Positions 26,908 to 40,479 of a stretch of DNA of 64,000 bases are shown one piece after another. The stretch comes from Balanoglossus misakiensis (lineage: Eukaryota; Animalia; Hemichordata): assembly GCA_040954595.2 (NCBI GenBank), contig CM082577.2, forward strand, positions 13,585,903 to 13,649,902. The letters run 5' to 3'. The first letter of the stretch is position 1. Each line of letters opens with the position of its first letter. The notes beneath the pieces are model-generated. The model saw only the letters and a program-made list of their open reading frames with translations. It was not told the origin of the DNA and made no database searches. A program made the position numbers and the translations under genes.

Positions 26908-27533
26908 ATCCCCCCAAAAGACGTCAGTGCAATATCTCCAAACAAATATGAACCACAGTGGTATACATATGCACACCAATGAATGTTGTGAAACGAGTCG
27001 AAGGCTATACCTGTTGGAAATTTTGTTTTAATTTTTCCATGCCGAAATGATTCATCAGATGTGCTAAAATAAGTTCCATCAAACTTCATACTTATATGTA
27101 ATTGTGACAAGTATGATACATGTGTGTATATCAAATATGTCACAGACAAGAAATATTACAATGAAAATGGGGACAACAACTCATACCACATTTTGATTCA
27201 GAAGAAAGCAACACTGACACTATCGAACTTGTAATAACCATTTTCTCAAACAGCTGCAAATACTGATTCACATCCTGACATGTTACAAATTTTACTTTAA
27301 TTTGGCTTGAATTCACTATGTCTAAATATTGCAAATACAATGTATCTACTATATGATATATATGAGACAAACAAGAAATGTTATGATCAAACCAATGACT
27401 GTCAGTTCCCTAAAACCATATCCTAGAGGTATGTCATTGAAAATGACTTGTACAACCTTACAGTGTGTTCATGAAATTATGCTGAATTGAAATTTAGTTG
27501 AGAAGTTTACATTCATGTTTGATATTTCTTTAG

Positions 27534-28520
27534 GGGATGGAAGGATGGACTCTCCTGGGCATTCGGTCCAGTATTGTAGTCATAGTTTTATAGAAAACGA
27601 GTCAAAAGAAGTCTTGTCACTGTCAACTGTAGATAACAGGGAGACTGACAGGAAGTCCTGTAACATGGAGAAGAAGGGGTTCCAATGAGGATTAGTGGCG
27701 ATAATTGAAGGTCTACAGATATCAGAAATAGTGACAGATGCTCACCCACAGATAAGTGCCGAAATGAGTAAGTGTACATTTATATTCATTATAATAACAG
27801 AAGTTATAGTCTTGAAATGTATAATTGCAATTTAGTTCCCACCAGGGCAAACAACTCTATCATAACAATATGTCATAGTAGATACATAAGACTGCCAAAC
27901 CCCCCCCCCCCCACCCCATGGTCGAGTTTATTTTTTTCTAATGTTTTTTTATTGTTTTAGTGGTATTCAGACTTAAAAAATCAAGAATTGTGTCTATTTG
28001 AATTACTTAATTTACTTGAATTACTTAATGTAGGCTGGTCAACAGAGAGACTGTTGGATTCTACTGAAATGGACCAAGCATATAACCAACCACTTTTGGT
28101 ATTGTTGTAATACAGCATCTAGTGAACTGGAGTTTAGAGTAAGTTTTCTATTTAGTCTCTCGAGTTATAAATATGGCCAAAAATATTTGGAGGAAAATTT
28201 CAGCAGTAAATGTAGGAATAATATCTAAACCTATAAATGTACAACTACATAGAGTAAGCGCCACACAAAAACTTATAATTACCACCGTACATGTTCTTTT
28301 GTTACAGGGGATGTGGGGTGGTCTCATTCACCATGTGGTCGATGAGCATAACTGGATTTTGGATGTGGGAGTGGAAGGGTCAAATCACTGCTACCATGGG
28401 CAACTCAGTGAGAGTGTAGAAGAAGAAAGAGGAAGGGAGTGGCTTAAAAAGGGTAGCAGAGCTCACCAAGTACACAGAAATATTATCTTTGATACCAGGT
28501 TTCTGAAGGGGTTCCCTAAT
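27534..28520 (+). pseudogene. Kolobok transposase fragment (two exons: 27534-27767 and 28308-~28520)
   Basis: GDGRMDSPGHSVQYC..VDNRETDRKSCNMEKKGF..EIVTDAHPQI bounded by AG/GTAAGT; then WGGLIHHVVDEHNW..CYHGQL..WLKKGSRAH. Confidence 0.78.
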
Positions 28521-29369
28521 ACCTCTGGTGTCGTAAGAGGGGAACATCATCTTTTCTAATGTATCATAGTCACAGTCCTCCGCCGACTGTACAACAGAGA
28601 TACACAGAGTACGGGACCCATTTCTGAGTCCCGGGCCCATGGGATTTAACTAATGGGTTTAAGGAAAGAAAAAAACAGACGACAAACAATATCTTCTTGA
28701 AAGGTCAGTTTTATTCTGAATGTACAGTCAACGTTGTGATCGAGACAAGTAAGCCATGGCTGAGCTGACCGTCAAAGATTTCCATCAGCTGAAAAAGCTT
28801 GAGAAAGCAGTGGAGAAATGTTCATCAGTAACTGGGTTAGAGGCAAGAGTTATTGTGCTTTACCCAAGTAAATTGTCAAAGTCTCTGAAACAGCATATTC
28901 ATGTCAGTGTAAGCTTATCAAATGCTGTGTCAGCATCGATGTTAGCAATCGTGGCGCTGTATGTTTCCGCCAGTGAAATTGACGAGCGATTGACAGTCCA
29001 GTTGATTGACTTGACCGGTACGCCTGTTAATTCATTCAGAGCCTGCACACCTTACAAACACTTGTGCCTCGTCTCATGAGTGTTACACAAGGAAGAAAAC
29101 AACCTAGATCGGGCCGAGATGAACTCCAACCAGTTTGGTGGCCTTCGAACATCCCATTTGCCAACCCAAAGTCTGACCAATGAAGCACAACCGACAAACA
29201 GTGTGAATCGTGGGCCTCTTGCCTGAGAAGGGCTTTTGTAAGTTGATACCGGCACGACGACAAGCAAGCGTTGCTTGGTAAGTGTTTCGAGTTTATTCAC
29301 ATTTCATAAATTGCAATCTAGTTATCGATATAGTATCGATATCAGATAAATAGCAAACAAAATTCGTTT

Positions 29370-29560
29370 GGAAGTGTCGCACAATGAAGGTAACTCGAAG
29401 CCAATACGCGGCGAAACGCGAGTTATTTTTGTCCACCATGTCATTTTTATCTTTGCACAACCTGCAAACAAAAGCGAATATTTGAAACGCTATGAGGAAA
29501 AACTGAGTAATGTGCATCATTATTTCAAATACTCGTCTGTCAGAACAGCATCTCAGCTTC
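29370..29560 (+). pseudogene. hAT transposase mid-region fragment
   Basis: YLKRYEEKLSNVHHYFKYSSVRTA resembles the post-CxxH helix of ZNF862-like transposases. Confidence 0.4.
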
Positions 29561-31916
29561 TTTGAAATGGACTTTGGCATTCTGAACAGTGCAGGCTTTG
29601 ACCAAGGGGTTTGAGATCTCAACCACATGATACACAAAAACATCAAGACATGGGTATATGTAGTCAAAGCAATGGGAGAGGCATATAATAATATGTCCCA
29701 TGTAGAAGTCAATGACTAAAATGACCACGATGTGGGAGTCAGATGAAACGTGTTGTTGAGAAATTAACAGAGAGGAGTCGACATGCTAATCATGATTAAA
29801 ACAATATAAGCTTTGCGGGTACAATGATCATGGCATGGGTAAACAACCCGTTGTCATATTCTTCGGAGAGAAAAAATGTATACCCTGCTTTAAAAAAATG
29901 TATAAGCTCCAGATAAAAGGAAGAAATCAAGTGTGATGGAAGAGTATCTTGCTGTACTTGAAGAAAAGGGGAGACATGAAACCAAACTCCAAGAAGAGGA
30001 ATTGAAACTAAAAGAGGAAGAGCTTCATTTAGCCAGAGAGAAGTTTGAACGAGAGATAAATTACAACTTGATGAAGCAAAAGACAAAATGTTTCTCTTAA
30101 AAGTCATAGTATCATCAGTATTAATTTCAACTTTGATTTCGAGGTGCGCATTACCTTTACTGTTTCATTAAGTTGAAAGTTCTGTTTTTCTTGAGAAAGA
30201 TAAATTTACACATATTTAAATATATACATACTGTTACAACTGTAATATTCGCTGGCTTGTTTTTAATAAAAACAGTACGTAGTTGATATGTTTTCTGAAC
30301 CACCCCAAACAAACAAAAAACGTGGGATTTTCAAATATAAACAATATTTAGGCTTTCTATGCAAAATCGAAGTCACTAGGGAACATCCCTTTCCCAAATA
30401 TCTGGTTTAGAGAAAAATTTGTCATTAGCATGTCCTCTTTCTAATCTATGCCTCAAAATGTTCATTTCACAGCCAAGTTTTTTTTGACGGTGACAATGGG
30501 ACAAGCGATGCATTTGTTCTAAACAGACAAAAATTTGATTGGAACCGCTCTGAGTTTAGTAGTAAATTCAAGGAGCATTCTAGTGTTGATGGATTTGTCA
30601 CGTTCTACAAAGATCTTCGTCAGGAGGCTGGACTTTGTAGTGATTCATCAACAACAAACTCGTCAGATGATGACGATAGAGAAGATAACTCAGGGTCAGA
30701 TGAAAGAACACGTTAAGAAACAGGTAGAGTTCCAGTAGCACTGGGAGAAGTCAAAAGCAGTTATAGTTATAAACATGCATCAAAAGAACCATGGGAATAT
30801 TTAACCAACAAAAGCCTTCCAAACATTTTCTGCATGACACTTCGGTGGTTTATCGTCTCAAATTTAGGGAAATTTTGTCTATTTATATTCAATTCACACC
30901 AATCAGAAAGTATGGGTGTTGATTTCTAATCAATGTAGGGTTAAAACTTCCCAACCAGTTACCAATTTTGTTTCCTTTACAGGTAGCTTGCAGGTAAGCA
31001 GCACATAAACCATTGCATATTTGCACAGTTGTTCTCTTAATGTGAGAAGGCATTAATCATTTACCTCGGAACAAGAATTGTAATCAACATTTAAAAAACT
31101 GTAAATGTTGGATGGCTTTGCCCACTTACACAAAGGAAGACTACATGGGGTATCTACCACATGTGGCAAGGGATGTGATGAAAGAAATTAAGTGAAGACC
31201 CCAAATTCACTTTCAAAGGTAACATCTTCGGAGTTGAAGTTGCAGCCTTGGCCAAAGCTACAATCCACATCCATAGCTTTCCCACTTGGGAGAGACACTT
31301 ATGGAAGTGTATGGTTTCAGGAGACTCTAAGTACTTGCCATCAAATGGGTGAGAAGAAATTTGGTATAGCTTTTTTAATGTGAGGACTACTACTGAAGAA
31401 CAAAATTTTGCGAGAAGCTTCATAAAGGATGTCAACTCCATTGCAATTACACGCAACAGTGATAGCATATTTTGACTTGGTCAAGTTTTCATCATGAAGC
31501 TGATGTTTGCATCACTGAGAGCGAGATGCCAGTCACCTAAGTACAAAAGCAGAATGCTATACAGTGGATATCAACTACACAAAAGAAGAAAGTGCTCTTC
31601 ATTACACGAGTGGTTATATACCATTTCAACTTAAGAAGAAATTGACACACCAGAAATCTATATCTCCAAGACTGTAGCAGAAATAAAACAGTTTATTGAT
31701 GGTATTCATGAACCTTTCAAAGTGCGAGACCAAATCCATCGTCGCAAACCACGGCCCTTTTACGGCAGCGCTCTGCTCCCCGCAAAAAGGCCGTGGTATA
31801 ATACGGCCATGTATTCAGTATTTGGTCTAGGCGCTTTCATAGTACATCCAACAACCAATCAGATTGCTTGCTACATCCCATTCACGCATCTCATTACATC
31901 TCATTCTAAACAACAT

Positions 31917-32160
31917 GGCGGCTTCCAGTGGCAGTGCTCTGAGTGGAGTGAGAGCGAAGAACGTGCAGTTTGCGATGCCTTCGGAATCGATTCACTTTAT
32001 CTGCACCAGAAGAATGTAATATCTGACTTATTAAAAGGGCACGACGTATTTATGAGTACCAGAAGAAGCAGCGGAAAGTCGATGTGCTACCAGTCGCTAA
32101 CCACGATCTTTCGGCAAAGAAACGTAGCAGCAGTAGTGCTGGTCATTTCACCTCTTATGA
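31917..32160 (+). pseudogene. RecQ-like helicase N-terminal fragment (as carried by AcademH-type transposons)
   Basis: FGIDSLYLHQKNVISDLLKGHDVFMSTRRSSGKSMCYQ (Q motif plus degenerate Walker A) and VVLVISPL (motif Ia). Confidence 0.75.
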
Positions 32161-32640
32161 TTGGCCAGATTATAATGATGTCATCTCATGAATATGCATT
32201 ACCAATATGTTCAAATACCAGCGCAACAACTTACGAAGTAATCGAAGGGGCATCAGTACGTGGTAACGCGATGCTGGTTGACTCTGATGGATGTACGTAC
32301 CAGAAGAAGACTAGTCAGTTTAGCCGATCCTGCACCCGTACCAACAAGGCTTGCAGATTACTTGACTCTAGAGACAGGGTAACTTTGTTTTCTAGACACA
32401 TCGAATTATATTTCACATGGGTGCAGCTACAGCCAGTGTCTGAAAGCATACAATGCTATTGCAGAGAAGGGTTTCTTCCCGTATGAATGGGAAAGACATC
32501 GAAGACCATACCAATTAGCGAACGCATATCTAAAAATTGTTCTGATTGCACAAACACAGGCCAGGAGTATCAGAAAACCGACGGTATATGACGCACATTT
32601 CAAGCGATCCATTGATGAACATAAGGCGACAAAAATCATT

Positions 32641-32860
32641 AGGAAAATGTTGTCTATTTATATTCAATTCACACCAATCAGAAAGTATGGGTGTTGATTT
32701 CTAATCAATGCGGGGTTAAAACTTCCCAACAAGTTACCCCTTTTGTTTCCTTTAAAGGTAGCTTGCAGGTAAGCATCACATAAACCCTTGCATATTTGCA
32801 CAGTTGTTCTCTTTATGTGAGAAGGCATTAATATATACCTCTGAACAACAATTGTAATTT
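32641..32860. repeat. Diverged direct copy of 30868-31090
   Basis: Shared TTGTCTATTTATATTCAATTCACACCAATCAGAAAGTATGGG...GTGAGAAGGCATTAAT. Confidence 0.9.
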
Positions 32861-33454
32861 TATTTAAAGCACTTTCTGCTGAAAATCAACCTGTCGTTTG
32901 TTGCCATGACTGAGAATATAACTTTAGAGTAGGCAATGTTTTTAAAAACAATGTAGAAGTTTTGGAAGTAAAGGATAATATAAGAGAGCCAGATCAGGTG
33001 TTTCTGAAAAATCTCATCGAACAGATGGAGGATTTTGCCGATGAATCGTACCAACCGCTGTGTGTCATCGTGGACGGAGAAGAATCACCAGCTGAATTCG
33101 ATAGCAAAAAGGTAACATTTTCTTCTTATTGTTTTACTACAGTAACAACTCTGAACAACAATTGTAATTTTATTTAAAGCACTTTCTGCTGAAAATCAAC
33201 CTGTCGTTTGTTGCCATGACTGAGAATATAACTTTAGAGTAGGCAATGTTTTTAAAAACAATGTGGAAGTTTTGGAAGTAAAGGATAATATAAGAGAGCC
33301 AGATCAGGTGTTTCTGAAAAATCTCATCGAACAGATGGAGGATTTTGCCGATGAATCGTACCAACCGCTGTGTGTCATCGTGGACGGAGAAGAATCACCA
33401 GCTGAATTCGATAGCAAAAAGGTAACATTTTCTTCTTATTGTTTTACTACAGTA
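32839..33454. repeat. 310-bp-period tandem duplication containing one exon
   Basis: 32839-33144 repeats at 33149-33454 almost exactly. Confidence 0.95.
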
Positions 33455-33823
33455 TGAGAAGCCATGCCAAATGTGTCGGATCCCCTAAGTAGTATTGCAT
33501 TTTAGTATTGCTGTGTTGTCACCTAAACTGTTTGTACTGGGGATTTGGGCATGCAGATTACCAGGACTACTTCAAAGAAAATCAGTGTTTCACAATGCTC
33601 ACACTATTCTGTTCACTTAGGTGCTTTACAGATTAATGGTTACTCATACAATGTGATTGGTGGTCAGCATTGCCTGAGTGCCACGAAGACAATAAGGGAA
33701 ATGACCAAGTACAGTGATGACGAAAGATTTAAAACACAGAATTGTGTTGTTTACTGTGGCCTGACCACTGAACAGCTACAGTCGCTGTCGATGAGACATA
33801 ATGCCACAGGAGAGTATCTGTAA
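32932..33823 (+). pseudogene. ParB/sulfiredoxin-like domain gene fragment (spliced)
   Basis: IREPDQVFLKNLIEQM..QPLCVIV; after a CAG acceptor, YNVIGGQHCLSA..CVVYCGLTTEQLQSLSMRHN. Confidence 0.6.
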
Positions 33824-33839
33824 AGTTCCGAGGAAAATT

Positions 33840-36547
33840 AAAGCTGCAAGCAGCGTTGGCGGGGCACAAGCGGTTCCCATGGTGACCAGCAAATGCCACG
33901 GCTGTATCTGCTGGGGATACCAAGATATGGGAAAGTAGGTCAAAGGTCACCTGAGGTCACCCCAATTTGGGCAAATAAATTGGACCCCATACTAGTCTAG
34001 ATCCAACAAAAAACCAGACCCCTAGCCCTATTGGTTCGCCTGCAATTAGGTATGCACATAATTAATGAGGTCTTGTGTAAGACTCCATTATGTGCTCAAT
34101 CCCCATAAAAGCCAGGGCTCTAACTGCTCTGGATGCTGAGATATGGGAAAGTAGATCAAAGGTCACCGAAGGTCACCTAAAATTAGGGCATAAAATTTTG
34201 AGCCCAGAGTGGGCCATGTCCAACCAATACCAGACCTCTAGCCCTATTGGGTAGCATGGAATTAGATATGCAGAAAAATGATGTTTCAGAAATGGGTCAA
34301 AGGTCATTGTCAAAATTACCAAAATATTTGTGTCATGTCCTGGCAGCATTGGTACCCATGTCCACAAAATTCATGACTGTGGTGCTTTGACAAGAGGAGG
34401 TATGGGGAATATGCATATATAATTAGTTGTTTTAAAACTGGATCAAAGGTCATGTGAAAATTGCCCGAAAAATTGTGACAACTTCCGGTCATATGATGAC
34501 TCATATCCAGAAAAAGAATTTCCATGCTGTCAACATTTTGGCTACAAAACGGAATTATCACTTTTCAATGGTTTTCCGAAAATCCAACATGGCCGCCATA
34601 ATGATCGACCAATCACAGTGCGCTTCGCAAACTTGATAGACATAGGTTAGGTGACCACATATCCCAAATCCCGAGACTTGGTAACCGCTGGTTCTGGAGA
34701 AGAAGATTTTTAAAGTTTTAAGTAGTTTTTCAGAAAAACAATTGTAGCAAAAAAACTTTATGTATGACGTCATGATTTCAATGGGGTAAAATGATGGACA
34801 GAAGGTAGGCTACCTGCACACAAAATTTGAACTCGATCGGCCCAGTGGTTTTTGAGAAGGACTCATTTAACGATTTTCAGGAAATCCAATATGGCCGCCA
34901 GGTCACGTGACTAATTAAATATTCACGAGCCACTGCACGTCTACTCATTGGCCCATACCACCCTACCAAGTTTCAGCCCCCTAGGTGCTGCGGTTTTCCA
35001 GATCTACCTGGCCGAATTTCTCGGAAGAAGAAGAAGAATAATAAATATAGCTGCAAGCAGCAATAGCGGGCCCAAGCCAACATAGCACATAGCAACATAG
35101 CAATAAGCATATCTGCTCTGGATGCCAAGATATGGAAAAGTAGGTCAAAGGTCACCTGAGGTCATGCAAAATTTCGGCAAGAAATTTTGACCCTATACTG
35201 GTCCATGTTCAACAAAAACCAAACCTATAGCCCTATTGGTTAGCCTTGAATTAGGTATGCACATAATTAACGAGGTAGGCAGGTGTCACAGGTGACCCCC
35301 AATTTTGGCTTTTCAATTTTAGTACCAACCCTCCAAACGCCAAGTCTGTACCTGCTCTGGATGCCAAGATCTGGTAAAGTAGGTCAAAGGTCACCTGAGG
35401 TCATGCAAAATTTGGGCAAGAAATTTTGACCCTATACTGGTCCATGTTCAACAACAACCAAACCTATAGCCCTATTGGTTAGCCTGGAATTAGGTATGCA
35501 CATAATTAATGAGATATGCAGGTGTCACAGGTGACCCCCAATTTTGGCTTTTCAATTTTATAGCCAACCCTCCAAACGCCAAGTCTGTACCTGCCCTGGG
35601 TGCCAAGATATGGTAAAGTAGGTCAAAGGTCACCTGAGGTCATGCAAAATTTGGGCAAGAAATTTTGACCCAATACTGGTCCATGTCCCACAAGAAAGAA
35701 ACCTCTAGCCCTCTTAGTTAGCCCACAATTAGGTATGCACATAATTAATGAGTTAAGCAGGTGTTACAGGTGAGCCTAAAAGTGTGCCTTTTATTTTGGT
35801 GCCATTGTGCTCACTGACAGGACTATTGCACAGACCAGAATTCCACAATAAGACATGGACATAGCTTAACCATAGAGGTATAAGTAAAGGTATAAATTTA
35901 ATAAAAAAATTAATATAAAAAAAACGGTCGATTTTTCATATTATTTTTTTCTGCTTAAAATTATTGACCAATGCTAGGCTAGCTGCACACCAAAGTTGGA
36001 GATGATTGGTCTAACAGATTTTGAGATATGTATGCATATTTATCCAAAATAATATGTGGTCATAGCTTTACTATGGAAAGTATAGGCACATGGCTTGGTC
36101 AAAAAATATCAAAAATAATACTTAAAAATCTTCTTCTGAAAATTGGCATGGCCAATGGCCTTGACATTTGGCATGTAGGACACTGACCACATGGTCCGCA
36201 AAAGTTGCTAAAAGAATTTTGATATCTCCATTCATATGCAAATAAGGCCGATTTGAAAATTCTGCCCATATATGGTCATCAAGTCACGTGACTAATTAAA
36301 CATTCACAAGGGTACTGCACTAGCTCTCATTGGCCTGCACCATTGTGCCAAGTTTGAAATTGGTAGGTTTAGCAGTTTTCCAGATCTACCTCGCCAAAGA
36401 AAACGACAGAAGAAGAAAAAGAAGAAGAAGTAGAAGAAAAACCCCAGTAATACCAATAGGGCCCAAGCCTGCTGGGCTTGGGCCCTAATAAAGAAAAATT
36501 CCAACAATACCAATAGGGGCACAAGCCCGATAGGCTTGTGCCCCTAA
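33840..36547 (+). mobile_element. Helentron-associated non-autonomous element A (outer)
   Basis: 5' AAGCTGCAAGCAGC plus subterminal GGGGCACAAGC (33861); 3' hairpin TAGGGGCACAAGCC-cgata-GGCTTGTGCCCCTA (36514-36546); internal AAGGTCA repeats; (GAA)n tract. Confidence 0.72.
35046..36488 (+). mobile_element. Helentron-associated non-autonomous element B nested in A, with ~3 x 239-bp tandem repeats
   Basis: 5' TAGCTGCAAGCAGC plus GGGCCCAAGCC (35068); 3' hairpin TAGGGCCCAAGCC-tgctg-GGCTTGGGCCCTA (36457-36487); repeat units start at 35113, 35352 and 35591. Confidence 0.75.
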
Positions 36548-36594
36548 TTAAAAGTCTGACAAGGCAAAAAAACATAATCATAAAATTAAGAGGG

Positions 36595-37980
36595 TACTGC
36601 ATTGACTCCAATGGTTACACCAACCAGAAGAAGACCAGCAAGTCCGTCAACCCCGCCTGGCGATGCAGCGCGCGTACTAACATGGCCATCAAGTGTCACG
36701 CTTCTGTTATCCAGAAAGGCATAGACTTTTGTCCAGGATTGCACAGCCACATCCACCTTGGTCAGCCTGGCATTGCAACGAAATTGAAATGCACTTTAAA
36801 AGTCAAGAAACAGACAAGAGAAAACGTCCACCGCTCAGCAGCTACAATCGTCGAAGATGTCATCAGTCGCGATGTCAATGTAGACAACCAATCCACCATC
36901 CTATAGTTGCCCCGCACCCGATCTACTCATCCGCACATCCAACAGACACAAACAGAAGTAAAGCCTCACATAAATAAAACACGTCGCCGTGCTGCAGTCA
37001 TGTCGTCTGTTGAGTATCCATGCGTCGTCTGTTCACGAGAGGCTCTTGCTTGCGACCACTGCAGCAAGTGGCAACATCGAACCTGCAACTCGGGGGTTTC
37101 AAGACCTACCTACCGCCAGCTTCTCCAGCAAGAAATCGAGTTGACATGGTACTGCGCCGAGTGTTCACGCTCACCATCACCACCACCTGTTGCTGACCAC
37201 GGTGTCCATGAAGACAACAACAACCATTTGTCATCTGAGATGGACATCGATGTACCTGCCGATCCCGCTGCCGACCAGTCTTTCACCATCGACCAGCCAT
37301 ATACGCAGCCAGCGGAAACCTTCGAGGACAGCATAACAGACGTCTTACCGGACCCCATCCCAGTACGAGTTAATCGAAGGAGCATCGGTACGTGGTAATG
37401 CGATGCTGGTGGACTCCAACGGTTACTCGTACAAGAAGAAGACCAGCAAGTCCGTCAACCCCGCCTGGCGATGCAGCGCGCGTACTAACACGGCCATCAA
37501 GTGTCACGCTTCCGTTATCCAGAAAGGCATAGACTTTTGTCCAGGATTGATTGAAATGCACTTTAAAAGTCAAGCAACAGGCAAGAGAAAACATCCACCG
37601 CTCAGCAGCTACCGAAGATGTCATCAGCTGCGATGTCAACGTAGACAAGCCATCCTCCATCCTATAGTCTCCCAGCACCCGATCTTCTCATCTGCACAGC
37701 CAACAGACACAGACAGAAGTTACACCCTGAAGAACCCTAAGACATAGACTTTGTCATAGACACCAGTTTTCTCCTTTTTGATTTTTTACAGAGAGATGTC
37801 ACTGCTGATGGTTCCCAATACACTCCACAACAACCTGACATTCCGAGTTCGGCGAAGACCTGGTATGTGGACGCCACATTCAAGATCGTCACCCGTCCAT
37901 TCTATCAGCTTTTCTCAATCCATGCGTTTGTGAAAGGCGATGATGGTCACGTGAAGCAAGTTCCACTGGTGGTTTGTCCT
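36595..37980 (+). pseudogene. MULE transposase relic: FLYWCH copy, then PHD - FLYWCH - MULE DDE start
   Basis: DSNGY..KK..WRCSAR..CHASV..H.H (twice; third stub at 32230-32315); PHD CVVC..CDHCSKWQHRTC..WYCAEC (37000-37165); TWYVDATFKIVTRPFYQLFSIHAFV..KQVPL. Confidence 0.85.
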
Positions 37981-38969
37981 TATTAATTGAATTTCTGGTT
38001 AGCAGACAACCATGTGGTCCAGCGCAGGGTTTCGAAGACCGTTTGAGCAGCAACTTCCAGTGTGTCATATTCCAGCAAATCCCTTATCCACTAACTGATC
38101 AGCTTAGGCACACATATGAAGAATATGTGAACGGGTGGAAGATGTTGCCAGCTTATCCTATTCCATCCATTGATCCAACCTTACCAAAGTCTGTCAATGG
38201 TCATGATTGGGACGCTTCTTATCCTGTACAAATGGAGTGGATACTTCGAACAGTTACAATCTACGGTTGATTGAACAATAGTTGCAGAAGAGTTATGGTA
38301 TGTATTTGTGAAGAATTGAAAATTACAAAAGCATGTATGCTTACTTATTTGAAGAAAGGAATTTGTGCTAGGGTTATAGCGATATTTATGGAAGATTGAC
38401 ATGTTTTCATAATTATTTTCTGTTAATTACAATTTGCGGTGATGATGACATTGTTAGTGATGGTGATGCCATGTGTATGATAGATGTTGGGGCAGAGGTT
38501 AATGAAGATTTAATCAGAAATATTAGGGTGAGACTTAAGCCTGAACTAGAAAATGACGTACCAGTAGATAATAATGCCATTTTATTTAAGGTTAACAGGA
38601 TTTAAAATTGCACTTTTCAATAACTTCCCCCTCCCTTCATTGTTATATTGCAGTGTGTGAGGAAGACTTGGCATCAACTTGCCCTGAGGAATATAATCAG
38701 TGGTATCCATTTCCTAATGAACATCATGCTGAGCTAAGTTGTCTTGTGAATGCACCGAAACCATTTGTATGTATGTCTTTATGTCTGTTGTACATTTTAT
38801 TCAAAGCATGATATAATCTAAACTGGTGTATCTGTGTTTTTTTTTTATCTAGCTCATATCAGTTAGTGATTTTCTGTCTAATTGGGATTGTACCCCTAAT
38901 GATGCATTCCCAGATGAAACACATGCAATTTTGTTTATAAAATATTATATTTTTCTTTACACACGTGAC

Positions 38970-39180
38970 ATTCTCAGGACTGGGGTGTCCAGTGGCAAGA
39001 TTCCATATGTATTCAGAGATGTAAATGAAATACCACATGACAGCAATTTGACACTGAATATTTTGCTGGAAGTATTGGTTGCTGCCAAAGACAGACTGGC
39101 AAAAGTGTTATACTTGCAGCTTGATAACTGTTTTCGTGAAAACAAAAACAGGTACCTTCTGAGTTTAATGGCCTTGATGT
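38970..39180 (+). pseudogene. DDE-transposase-like fragment (DUF7869/Sola-like)
   Basis: HDSNLTLNILLEVL..VLYLQLDNCFRENKNRYLL motif. Confidence 0.6.
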
Positions 39181-40479
39181 AAATCATGTGTACAGGTACA
39201 ATTTACAGAAAACGAAAAGGTTTTTCAACGTGTTTGCTAGAGCATACGTCATTGCTGACTGTGACAACAATGGTAATTTGCTGAAGAGCTACTTAACCCT
39301 CCTTAAAAAGTTAGCAGTTTCTGAAGATCCATCACAATATGCATTTGTGATTGCACAACATGCAACAGTTACAGACAAAACTCAAGTGATGAGATAACAG
39401 AGATTGATGATGGGAGTTGTATTCACTGCAGAGCTGATGACAGTTTGTTTCCATTATCAACCAATGGCACCGCTACAGATGACCAGTCTTTTCGGGTAAA
39501 TTATCACTTATCACCCCGTAGGCCGTCAGGCTTTTTATCGCATACTCGCCTGTTTGTCGGCCCACCTGGACTTATCATGTACTGTTCAGGGGAGTATTCG
39601 GAGTTAATTACATGTAATACGTACACATTGAGAAAACTAAACTGTCTTATTTTGCAGGATGTTTCACAAGAGGAGTAACAGGGGGATGTGGAGTTTCTAC
39701 AAGACATCACATCAACGAGAGTTATTTCACCTGGTGCCGTGTTTTCCCTGGGTCCAACCGACGGTAGTGCATTCTTCTGCACTCGGATTTTTGGGAGTAG
39801 GCGGGGGCCGTTGGTTATTGACGGGTACATGGCCACAGAAGACAAGTCATTCCCCAACTGCAAAATATCTTCGTCTACTGCCCACATACATGTAAAAACC
39901 AAGAAGTTGCGCAGTGAAGCAAAGCGGTTTGCAGACCGTCTTCGCTCTCAGTCACTAGTCACGTATAGTCAGAGATTGGCTGCAGCAGATCCCGAATACA
40001 GACTGGCTGTTAGAAGGGTTGACGTATGTCACAACATAGCAATTTTTGCACAACTTTCGGGCAAGTCTTTCAGAGGTAAAGGGGGAACTCAACACGTGTC
40101 TTGTCCAGGGATCGCTTTACCATTTCACACCTATGGGCGGAGTACTGAAACTTCTCCTCCCATTTGAACGCGCGAGTGGGACCCACAGTTAACCCAAGAG
40201 CAAACATCGGTATTTGTGGAACAAACATCGATCGACAGTCAGTTCACGCCCCAAGTAAGGTATCTTTTGTTTTCGAACCTACAGCGTTTGTGCCGGCGAA
40301 TCTTGGCATGTGCATTTTGATTGTAACTGATTAGATAAACAGGTTTTCTTATGGGATAACCTTAAGTTGGTAAATCAAAACTGAATATTGAACAGGAGAT
40401 ACAGAAGATATATGCTTAAAATTTGATATACTCATTTTGTGTATTTTTTGTCGTGCTTTCAGTGATGATATCTACAGCA

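Noticed and set aside
31722-32486. 254-aa ORF as a functional RecQ-FLYWCH fusion protein
   Set aside because: Walker A is degenerate, both domains are truncated, and the start is non-ATG; best read as a chance open frame across junctions.
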